Source: Syntrophales bacterium (GTDB lineage Bacteria; Desulfobacterota; Syntrophia; Syntrophales; UBA4778). Taken from it: a stretch of DNA of 64,000 bases. Made by a program: the position numbers and the translations under genes. The stretch is from contig CAXXQE010000008.1 of the NCBI GenBank assembly GCA_963665615.2, forward strand, positions 186,001 through 250,000, written 5' to 3'. Positions within the stretch are counted from its first letter, which is position 1; the number at the start of each line of letters is the position of its first letter. Below, one piece after another: positions 1 to 7,231 of this stretch. The notes below the pieces were generated by a model. That model worked only from the letters and a program-made list of their open reading frames with translations. It ran no database searches and was not told the DNA's origin.

Positions 1-2
1 GA

Positions 3-848
3 ACCAGCGACATCCAGCCTTTTGAGCGCTGGATTAAGGGATTGGATGCGCCTGCGCTGGAAAAGGATCACAAATCGTATGGCGGCGCCATCGCAACCAT
101 TGCGCAAGGAATGAGTCGGATCGCCGATGCGGCCTGGCTCATATCCCAAGACATGAGATTGCCAGAGAACTTTCAGCATAGACTGTCCGTTCTTTCCGAG
201 AGACTGCTCTATGGTGTGGAAGAGAAGGGACTCGAACTCGCAATGCTCCGGGTTCGAGGTCTTGGCAGGATGGGGATACAAAAACTGGTCAGAGAAGGAC
301 TCTGTACCATAGAAGCCATTCGAGAGACATCGCTAAGGAGGCTTGCAGCAATAATCTCTGAAGGGATCGCAATTAGGCTCAAAGAGGCAGTGGAAGCCGC
401 CGCCGAAGCCTCGTCGGAATCGAAAGCAAGGGTCAGAATGGCTTCAAATGATGACACATTCATCTGCCGCGACCGGATCGAGGTAACTGGGAAGCCGATG
501 GAGAAGCGAAACTTGGTCATAATCAATGGAACCTCAATCGGTATTACCAATCGATCTATGGAACTGCTGCTTCAATTCGTGATTGCTCTGAAGCGGGATG
601 GCCAGGGCTGGATTCACAAGGAGGACATGACGCCCAGAATAGAAGCGGCCCAACTCATTTCAAGACTGCGCACAGAACTTCGGAGTTTTACGCTAGGGAA
701 GAATAGTAAAATTATCGAGAACGACGGCTCCGGTTGCTACCGTCTTTCTATACCACCACAGAATGTGACCCTTGAGATAGAAAGTCTTCGCGACCATTGG
801 AACGCAGTCATAAGAGAACTGGCAAAGATGGCACAAAAGCTGCCCTGA
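3..848 (+). CDS. Hel308/Ski2-like SF2 helicase, C-terminal part (ratchet + HhH) with extra C-terminal winged-helix domain; 5'-truncated by window
   Basis: Frame open from position 3 (FERWIKGLDAP...); RLLYGVEEKGLELAMLRVRGLGRMGIQKLVREG resembles the Hel308 C-terminal HhH region; tail ISRLRTEL...IENDGSGCYRL resembles an OmpR-type wHTH. Confidence 0.65.
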   Translation, partial: TSDIQPFERWIKGLDAPALEKDHKSYGGAIATIAQGMSRIADAAWLISQDMRLPENFQHRLSVLSERLLYGVEEKGLELAMLRVRGLGRMGIQKLVREGLCTIEAIRETSLRRLAAIISEGIAIRLKEAVEAAAEASSESKARVRMASNDDTFICRDRIEVTGKPMEKRNLVIINGTSIGITNRSMELLLQFVIALKRDGQGWIHKEDMTPRIEAAQLISRLRTELRSFTLGKNSKIIENDGSGCYRLSIPPQNVTLEIESLRDHWNAVIRELAKMAQKLP

Positions 849-1021
849 TGCAGGAGACCAACGAGCCATTGAATTGTGCTGAACAAACTTCATGAAAGCA
901 TAATTCACGCAACAAAAGCATTTGACAATAGACCGTCTACTAACCTAAATAAGTCATCTGTTTTGAAAAAACGCCATGAAATTGTATTTCCTTAGCCTAA
1001 ATTATAAAAGCCAGAAACAAA

Positions 1022-2554
1022 ATGACCGATAAGAGACGCATATTCATCAGCTCAGTCCAAAAAGAACTCGAATTAGAGCGGGCCGCCGTTGCCGGCCTGA
1101 TAGCCACCGATCCTTTCCTGATGCAGCACTGCGTTCCGGTTTTGTTTGAAAAAGAACCACCGGCTCCTCACCCTGCTCAAAGACCTTATCTGGATTCACT
1201 GCGAGGTTGCTGCGTTTATATCCTGCTGATCGGCAACGAATACGGCAACCCCGATAAGGGCGTCTCGGCCATGCATCGTGAGTATCGTCTGGCCCAGGAA
1301 CTGAGCCTCCCTACGATTGTTCTTCTGAAGGGAATGTCGGATAACGGGAGATCCTCGAAGACATTGGATCTCGTCAATGATATCAAGAAGGCCGGTCACA
1401 CTTATAAGAGGTTTCATGATCGGGAAGACCTCAAGCCCGAAGTCATGCGGGCGCTGATACGTATTCTGGCTGAGGAATTCGGCATCTGTGCAAGTCCAGC
1501 CGAAGTGGGCGAGAGCGAGCATCTGATAGAAGCCGCATCAACATTTGAGACGACCGCATTGCCGGATATCCCGGTAAGCGCGCTTGACCAGAAACTCATT
1601 GAAGCATACGCGACCCGTATCGCCGATGATACAGACGAACCGTGGACTGCCGCCGATGCGCTCCGTTCCCGTGGTCTCGCGATTCGAGGCGATAAGGCGG
1701 GTGTCATGCTGGCCAACGCCGCGGCGTTTGTTCTTTTCGGGGCTCACCCGGCCAATCGTTTTCCACAATGCGAAATCCTCGTCGATGCTTATGACGAAAC
1801 GCGGATAACCGGACGGCCAAAGGGACAGATCAATATAAACACACCCCTTCCCCGCGCTCTTGAAGAGATACTCACGTTTATCGACGACCATACGTTCCAT
1901 CCGCGTCGCGTCGTCGGTCTCAACAACATTCGACTTGATGAATATCCCAAACAGGCCATTCGAGAAGCGCTTCTCAATGCCGTTGCCCATCGCGATTATC
2001 AGGACGCGTCGCGCAAAGTATTCGTTCGCCTGTTTAGTGACCGCATTGAGATTGCGAGCCCCGGCTATCCGCTTAAGCCCCTTACGTTGGCAAAGCTCCG
2101 CAAGGGGAATTATCGTCCGTGTTCCCGCAATCCCCTCATCGCCCAGGCGCTTTGCATGCTCGATAAGATGGAGCAACGCGGAACAGGATTTGCCCGCATG
2201 CGCGATGCCATGCTCAACCATGGACTTGATGCACCCATACTCAATCAGCAGGATGGCTTTTTCATTGTGACCCTTCCCGGACCCGCGGGTAACTATGACC
2301 GATTGAAAACACCAACCGACGTACCAAGTCTCATTACCCCATCTTTGGAAGCAAAACTCAATGAGAGGCAGAAGAAAATTGTATCGCATATCCACGAAAG
2401 CGGCTTTGTAACCAACAGATGGATTCAAGACGAGTTTGACGTTGTCCGAGATACCGCACACCGGGATATCCAGTTGCTATTAAGCCTGAATATCATTAAA
2501 AGCAGAGGGCGTGGCCGCTCGGTCAGTTACGTCCTTGCAAATGAGCGCGCGTAA
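1022..2554 (+). CDS. DUF4062 domain + HATPase_c_4 (RecG C-terminal-like) + wHTH protein
   Basis: N-term RIFISSVQKELELER...VYILLIGNEYG...EYRLA (DUF4062); EYPKQAIREALLNAVAHRDY, RIEIASPG, SRNPLIA, EQRGTG (HATPase_c_4); C-terminal HTH RDTAHRDIQLL. Confidence 0.85.
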   Translation: MTDKRRIFISSVQKELELERAAVAGLIATDPFLMQHCVPVLFEKEPPAPHPAQRPYLDSLRGCCVYILLIGNEYGNPDKGVSAMHREYRLAQELSLPTIVLLKGMSDNGRSSKTLDLVNDIKKAGHTYKRFHDREDLKPEVMRALIRILAEEFGICASPAEVGESEHLIEAASTFETTALPDIPVSALDQKLIEAYATRIADDTDEPWTAADALRSRGLAIRGDKAGVMLANAAAFVLFGAHPANRFPQCEILVDAYDETRITGRPKGQININTPLPRALEEILTFIDDHTFHPRRVVGLNNIRLDEYPKQAIREALLNAVAHRDYQDASRKVFVRLFSDRIEIASPGYPLKPLTLAKLRKGNYRPCSRNPLIAQALCMLDKMEQRGTGFARMRDAMLNHGLDAPILNQQDGFFIVTLPGPAGNYDRLKTPTDVPSLITPSLEAKLNERQKKIVSHIHESGFVTNRWIQDEFDVVRDTAHRDIQLLLSLNIIKSRGRGRSVSYVLANERA

Positions 2555-2594
2555 TCATCCGATAATCATCCGACAAAAAATCATAATCATCCGA
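2552..2594 (+). repeat. Three exact 11-bp repeats TAATCATCCGA
   Basis: Copies at 2552, 2563 and 2584. Confidence 0.9.
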
Positions 2595-2729
2595 TTGAGG
2601 CGTTTGGCTTGGATAAACGTCTCCAAGCCCTAAAGCATGCAGGGGGCGCTGAAGGGGCACGTGCGGCCGCGGATTAAACCTCAATCGGCCTCTTTGCAAT
2701 TGCCATGCTCAAACGTAGGCTCCGCTGGA

Positions 2730-3022
2730 TCTCCGTTACCCCTCCGTTATCCTCCCACACTGACACAATAATGGTTCTGCTTCATAGAAAAAGTAAATAA
2801 ACACAAGCAGGTATGATGCTTTGATGTGAATCTTGATCCTTTGGATTATGACGGTCCCGTTGCTATTTTGAATTAAATCGACCCTGACAGAGCAAGACCT
2901 CCGCTTTAAATCCACCCCCAAAAGTACTCTTAGCGCTTACCCGGCGACTTCTCGTCCCAAAAAATCTCAATAATGACTTTGAGTTGACCGGATGCAACCA
3001 CTCTCCGTTACCCCTCCGTTAT
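2730..3022 (+). repeat. Two exact 21-bp direct repeats TCTCCGTTACCCCTCCGTTAT
   Basis: 2730-2750 and 3002-3022; each holds two CTCCGTTA units 11 bp apart. Confidence 0.9.
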
Positions 3023-3131
3023 TCCCACGCACCATTTTCATAGGTAAAGATTCCCCAAGCTAGAGTTGCGGATATCTATCGGCAATCCATTTTTGAGGGT
3101 TCATCAATCTCCTTTCAGAAAAGGAGGCGAA

Positions 3132-4007
3132 GTGAGAGCGCGCAATATCAAGCCTGGTTTTTTCAAGAACGAAAAACTCGGAACGAAAGATCCACTGGCC
3201 AGGATTCTTTTCGAGGGGCTCTGGTGCATGGCAGATCGGGAGGGGCGACTCGAAGACAGACCCGCCAGGATAAAGGCGGAAATCCTTCCCTATGATAATT
3301 GCGATATAGAATCACTTCTTTCCTCACTGGCGACCGGTGATGATCCATTTGTCCTCCGCTATGAATCGGAAGGACGCCGCTTCATTCAGGTCGTTCATTT
3401 CCTCAAACATCAAAATCCCCATCTCAAAGAATCAAAAAGCACCATCCCTGCACCGGATCTGCACAGTGCTAGCACGGTGCAAGCACCAGAAAAGCACTGG
3501 GCAAGCACAGTGCAAGTACCGGATAAGACCGGCACTTGCCCGGCTGATTCTCTGATTCCTGATTCCTTGAATAGCTTATCTAAAGATAAGCAGCCTTCGG
3601 CTCCCCTTTTATCCATTTCCACGGAAACAAATCAACCTAATGAGAAGCAACCAAAAGGGAACCACTTCATGACGCACATCCCGGATGACAAGCTCAGGGA
3701 TGAAATCAAGGAGGTCGGCTGCCAGATCGATCCCAAGCGATTCAACGCCTATCAGTGGTGTCAGGCAAAGTTCAGCGAAAAGAAATTCAATCCCAGAGCC
3801 ATTCTCCACACCCTCAATCGGATCAGCAAGGAACAGGAACTCAAGGGTGATCTCTGGCCTTATGCAAACAAGATCTATGAGGTGGAGTACGGGAAGTTCA
3901 ATGAACGCGACTATATCGAGCGCAGTCAGGAGTACAAGAGGGAACTGACGCCTGGTGAACTGGTCAATGTCAGTGCCGTTTTGAGCCGTTTGTCGAGACC
4001 TCCGTGA
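3132..4007 (+). CDS. Phage-type replication initiator protein
   Basis: RARNIKPGFFKNE...ILFEGLWCMADREGRLEDRPARIKAEILPYD N-terminus typical of phage replication proteins; AAGGAGG (3121-3127) before GTG 3132; internal iteron-like array. Confidence 0.75.
   Translation: MRARNIKPGFFKNEKLGTKDPLARILFEGLWCMADREGRLEDRPARIKAEILPYDNCDIESLLSSLATGDDPFVLRYESEGRRFIQVVHFLKHQNPHLKESKSTIPAPDLHSASTVQAPEKHWASTVQVPDKTGTCPADSLIPDSLNSLSKDKQPSAPLLSISTETNQPNEKQPKGNHFMTHIPDDKLRDEIKEVGCQIDPKRFNAYQWCQAKFSEKKFNPRAILHTLNRISKEQELKGDLWPYANKIYEVEYGKFNERDYIERSQEYKRELTPGELVNVSAVLSRLSRPP
3439..3526 (+). repeat. Iteron-like array, 8 x 11-bp units (GCACnGTGCAA-like) inside the initiator gene; candidate origin
   Basis: GCAC at 3439, 3450, 3461, 3472, 3483, 3494, 3505 and GTAC at 3516. 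Confidence 0.75.
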
Positions 4008-4069
4008 CCGAAACGGGTGAGGGCAAAGGGCAGTCAGGCCAAAACAATGCCATCGAAATGGAGGGGAAA

Positions 4070-4669
4070 ATGGCGACACCCGCGACAGGCGGATTCAGTG
4101 GCGAAAGCCATGAGGAACAGCGAAGAGTGGCCGTCCAATGGGTTGGCGAACACAAAAGAAGGATCAAAGGCAGGGCAGCCAAATTCCAGCACTACTCGCC
4201 CTACGATCTGGAAGACTTCATTCAGCAGGCCTATGCCTCCGCCCTGGAAGCTGTCGATGTTTGCCGGAAAAGGGAACTTCCCTTTGCAGCCTGCTTCTGG
4301 ACCCTGTTTACCGCCGATTGCAGGATGATGGGTTCGAACCCTGTCACCGCGGACTGTTATGAGGAATTCGCGGAAGACTATACGGATCAAGGCTACGCGC
4401 CCACCTTTGCCCAGGAGCTTATCTACGAGCCGGACGAGGAATGCGAAATCGAGAAGGAAGACCTGGAGATGATCGAAGGACTCATCGATATCGCCCTGTC
4501 CGTCATGGCGCCGAAGCAGCGTGAAGTCTGGCATCACCTCTTGGGAAACCAGTCCCGCACCATCAGCGAGATCGCAAAGATTTTAAAGATCAGACGTCAA
4601 GTCGTTGAGGAACTGCGCGACGCCGGCCTGAGGAAAGTCAGGAAATACTTTGAGTCAGTCCATGATTGA
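4070..4669 (+). CDS. Sigma70-family sigma factor-like protein (region 2 + region 4)
   Basis: DLEDFIQQAYASALEA (region 2-like); MAPKQREVW...RTISEIAKILKIRRQVVEELRDAGLRKVRK (region 4 HTH); GGAGG before ATG 4070. Confidence 0.7.
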   Translation: MATPATGGFSGESHEEQRRVAVQWVGEHKRRIKGRAAKFQHYSPYDLEDFIQQAYASALEAVDVCRKRELPFAACFWTLFTADCRMMGSNPVTADCYEEFAEDYTDQGYAPTFAQELIYEPDEECEIEKEDLEMIEGLIDIALSVMAPKQREVWHHLLGNQSRTISEIAKILKIRRQVVEELRDAGLRKVRKYFESVHD

Positions 4670-4683
4670 AAGGAGGTCCGATC

Positions 4684-5220
4684 ATGAGTCGAATACCTAT
4701 ACTGTCCAAATCGGAGTTCTCTTCCCATGCCTTCGGCGGCAGGGAAGGGTGGCTCACGTCCCTGTTCCAAAGAAAGAAGAACTCGCACCATACCATTCAA
4801 GAAAAACTGCTATTGGTCATGGGCAATTGCACGCAAGTCGTCATCTTCCAGATGTTTCTGTACTGGACCGGCTACCTTTGGGATTTCGACTCCTTTTTGC
4901 ATGAGGAGCGCATGCGTGCAGAAACGGGAACTCAGGAGCTTCCGCCCGATAGCAGCGGTTGGATGGAGAAGACGTCCAACGATCTGTACGAGCGATTGTC
5001 ACTGATCATGAGTTGGCAGGAGATCTCACAGAATCTCAACGCACTCGTCAGTTTCGGATATCTCTTCAGGCGGGAAGACCCCGTGTATCCTTGGGAGTAT
5101 AAGCCTCAGTATCGGGTGAATCTTGTCAAACTCCGGAAAGTCCTGGCTCGGTATGGCTATGAGCTGGAGGACGATGTTTTTAAAAAACGACGTGGATTGT
5201 GGATCAACTGCAAGGCATGA
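4684..5220 (+). CDS. Winged-helix protein, possibly replication-associated
   Basis: AGGAGG RBS; GWMEKTSNDL...EISQNLNALVSFGYL...QYRVNL resembles wHTH N-termini of phage/plasmid replication proteins. Confidence 0.5.
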   Translation: MSRIPILSKSEFSSHAFGGREGWLTSLFQRKKNSHHTIQEKLLLVMGNCTQVVIFQMFLYWTGYLWDFDSFLHEERMRAETGTQELPPDSSGWMEKTSNDLYERLSLIMSWQEISQNLNALVSFGYLFRREDPVYPWEYKPQYRVNLVKLRKVLARYGYELEDDVFKKRRGLWINCKA

Positions 5221-5278
5221 ACCAATTGAAAAAAACCAGTTTGCTTCAACCAATAGCAACCTTCAGAGCGAGGAAGCC

Positions 5279-5497
5279 ATGAAGACGGAGATCACGAACA
5301 GAAGAGATATCCGGCCCAGGATGTTGTCGGTGGATGAGGCGGCGCTTTACCTCGGCCTTGCCTCCAAGACGATTCGCAACAGAATAGGGCCTAAGGCAGC
5401 CGATCCTTTCCCGATAAAGCCCAAGAGAATCGGGGGCAGGGTTTTGTTCGACGTGAAAGACTTGGACGCATTTCTGGACACATTGCAGGACTCATAG
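5279..5497 (+). CDS. Excisionase / AlpA-like HTH_17 protein
   Basis: MLSVDEAALYLGLASKTIRN...PKRIGGRVLFDVKDLDAFL. Confidence 0.85.
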   Translation: MKTEITNRRDIRPRMLSVDEAALYLGLASKTIRNRIGPKAADPFPIKPKRIGGRVLFDVKDLDAFLDTLQDS

Positions 5498-5540
5498 GTG
5501 GAGTACCGTAACGGCAATTCTTTTCATCGTTTGTTCATAC

Positions 5541-5569
5541 TTGCAAAATATAGACATTGGGTCTATATA
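5541..5569 (+). promoter_or_regulatory. Sigma70-type promoter with overlapping palindromic operator, upstream of XRE-integrase
   Basis: TTGCAA-N17-TATATA; perfect inverted repeat ATATAGAC-N5-GTCTATAT at 5548-5568. Confidence 0.65.
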
Positions 5570-5575
5570 GCGGGT

Positions 5576-5857
5576 ATGGAATCTCACGGACTGAAACAAT
5601 GGCGGGAACGGACTGGATATTCTCAGGGGAAATTGGCCATCATCCTGGGAGTCAATGTAATGACCGTTTCCCGCTGGGAACGCGGGATCAAGCGGCCCCC
5701 TTCCTTTTTGAAATTGGCTTTGGCCTATATTGAATCGGAAGGGGATAGGTTCAAGCAGGCAGTAAATCGAACGAAAACGGCAAAGAAAGGGGGAAAAAAA
5801 GATGGCAGTATTGGCAGAGTGTCCGGTTTGCCACACAAAGCAAAGCGTAAGAACTAA
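5576..5857 (+). CDS. XRE-family HTH regulator, probably leaderless
   Basis: LKQWRERTGYSQGKLAIILGVNVMTVSRWERG is a classic HTH_3; no clear SD; ATG follows 6 nt after the -10. Confidence 0.85.
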   Translation: MESHGLKQWRERTGYSQGKLAIILGVNVMTVSRWERGIKRPPSFLKLALAYIESEGDRFKQAVNRTKTAKKGGKKDGSIGRVSGLPHKAKRKN

Positions 5858-6965
5858 GCTTTGCCATTGTGGTGAAGATCTGGACAAGGCGAAGCGATCC
5901 CAAAAGGTCCGCTTCTGGATCAGCTATTACCTTCCCGGAAGAAAGCAGAAGCGAGAATGTATTGGCTTCTCCATCCAGGAAGCAAAAGATGCTGAAGGGA
6001 AGAGGCGTAGCCAGAAACGTGAAAACAGAATTTTCGACATCAAGCCCGACGACAAAATGAGCTTCAATGAATTGGCAAAATGGTATCTCAAACTTGATAA
6101 GGTGAAATCAAAGGCCTATTACCCTACCCTGGTGATTAATCTTGGCAGTTTCAACAGTGACTTCGGTGATGTGATTGCGAACCAACTCAAGCCGGCGGAT
6201 CTGGAAAATTACCAGGCGAAAAGGAAGGCGAAGGGCTACTCGGATTCCTATGTGGATCAGGAAATAGGGGCTGCCAGAACGATGATCAACAAAGCATTCG
6301 ACAATGACCTCGTCAGCGGTGATATCGTGAAGGTCTTTAGACGGGTGAAAAAGCTGCTCAAGGACAATGCCAATGCAAGGGACCGGGTGCTGTCCAAGGA
6401 GGAATTTGATCGGTTGATGAAGGCTCTCCCTCCCCATACAAGGGGAATCGTTGCCACCGGCTTTTATGCGGGGATGAGGAGGGGCGAGGTGCTGAATCTG
6501 ACATGGGACAAAGTGGATCTGAAGAACTTGGCGATCAAGCTGAATGCCTCGGACACAAAGGACAGAGAGGCGCGCACTATCCCGATCTGCAAAGCCCTCA
6601 ATGAGGTTCTTAAGAGCATTCCTGTGGCTATCCACGACAACCATGTGTTTCTTTATAGGGGCAAGCCTATCAGGGACATTCGGGGGGCTTTAAAAAGAGC
6701 CTGCGATGAGGTCGGTATCCCTTACGGTCGGAATGCAAAAGATGGGTTTGTTTTCCATGATACCCGTCATTGTTTCAATACCAATATGAGAAAATCGGGC
6801 GTACCTGAATCGGTCATCATGAAGATCACAGGGCATTCAACCCGTGAGATGTTTCTCAGGTATGATACGGTTGACGAAGCGGATACTAGGAAGGCAGTCG
6901 GGCAATTTGAAGACTTTTTGAAAAGTAATGACCAAAGTAATGACCAAGTCGATTCCCGCCAATAA
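5802..6965 (+). CDS. Tyrosine recombinase/integrase with N-terminal Zn-ribbon-like motif
   Basis: GMRRGE (R), FHDTRH (HxxR), TGHST (H), LRYD (Y); N-term CPVC...CHCG. Confidence 0.95.
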   Translation: MAVLAECPVCHTKQSVRTKLCHCGEDLDKAKRSQKVRFWISYYLPGRKQKRECIGFSIQEAKDAEGKRRSQKRENRIFDIKPDDKMSFNELAKWYLKLDKVKSKAYYPTLVINLGSFNSDFGDVIANQLKPADLENYQAKRKAKGYSDSYVDQEIGAARTMINKAFDNDLVSGDIVKVFRRVKKLLKDNANARDRVLSKEEFDRLMKALPPHTRGIVATGFYAGMRRGEVLNLTWDKVDLKNLAIKLNASDTKDREARTIPICKALNEVLKSIPVAIHDNHVFLYRGKPIRDIRGALKRACDEVGIPYGRNAKDGFVFHDTRHCFNTNMRKSGVPESVIMKITGHSTREMFLRYDTVDEADTRKAVGQFEDFLKSNDQSNDQVDSRQ

Positions 6966-6995
6966 AAAAGGGGCTGCGAAGATCGCTAACCCCTT
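6964..6995 (-). terminator. Intrinsic terminator downstream of tRNA-Leu
   Basis: Minus strand AAGGGG-TTA-GCGA-TCT-TCGC-AG-CCCCTT followed by T tract. Confidence 0.65.
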
Positions 6996-7005
6996 GAATT
7001 TTTAT

Positions 7006-7093
7006 TGGTGCCGAAGCCGGGATTTGAACCCGGACAGGAGTACTCCCACTAGACCCTGAACCTAGCGCGTCTACCAAGTTCCGCCACTTCGGC
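7006..7093 (-). tRNA. tRNA-Leu (CAG)
   Basis: GCCGAAGTGGCGGAACTTGGTAGACGCGCTAGGTTCAGGGTCTAGTGGGAGTACTCCTGTCCGGGTTCAAATCCCGGCTTCGGCACCA; long variable arm, encoded CCA. Confidence 0.97.
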
Positions 7094-7105
7094 AATGGAG
7101 GCGCT

Positions 7106-7135
7106 AATCTATGCTGAGGGGTTGTTCCTTGTCAA
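7106..7135 (-). promoter_or_regulatory. Sigma70 promoter of tRNA-Leu
   Basis: Minus strand TTGACA-N18-TAGATT just upstream of the tRNA. Confidence 0.55.
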
Positions 7136-7231
7136 GAAAAAATCTTGAAATATGGCAGGGCGACCGATATGTTAGCCCATACTGAACCGCTGGTTCGATT
7201 TGAGACATGCGACGCATGATCGGTCTTCACT

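Larger units (their letters stand above)
1..7005. mobile_element. Integrative element (satellite-like, integrated plasmid or cryptic prophage), right end, inserted at tRNA-Leu 3' end; left end outside window
   Basis: Tyrosine integrase ends 40 bp from the tRNA 3' end; excisionase, XRE, sigma-like and phage-type replication genes are co-oriented upstream; looks more AT-rich than the host genes; no second copy of the tRNA 3' end noticed in 1-7000. Confidence 0.85.

Noticed and set aside
1..7005. Second att site (duplicate of the tRNA-Leu 3' end)
   Set aside because: No copy of TGGTGCCGAAG noticed by eye; the left boundary is probably outside the window.
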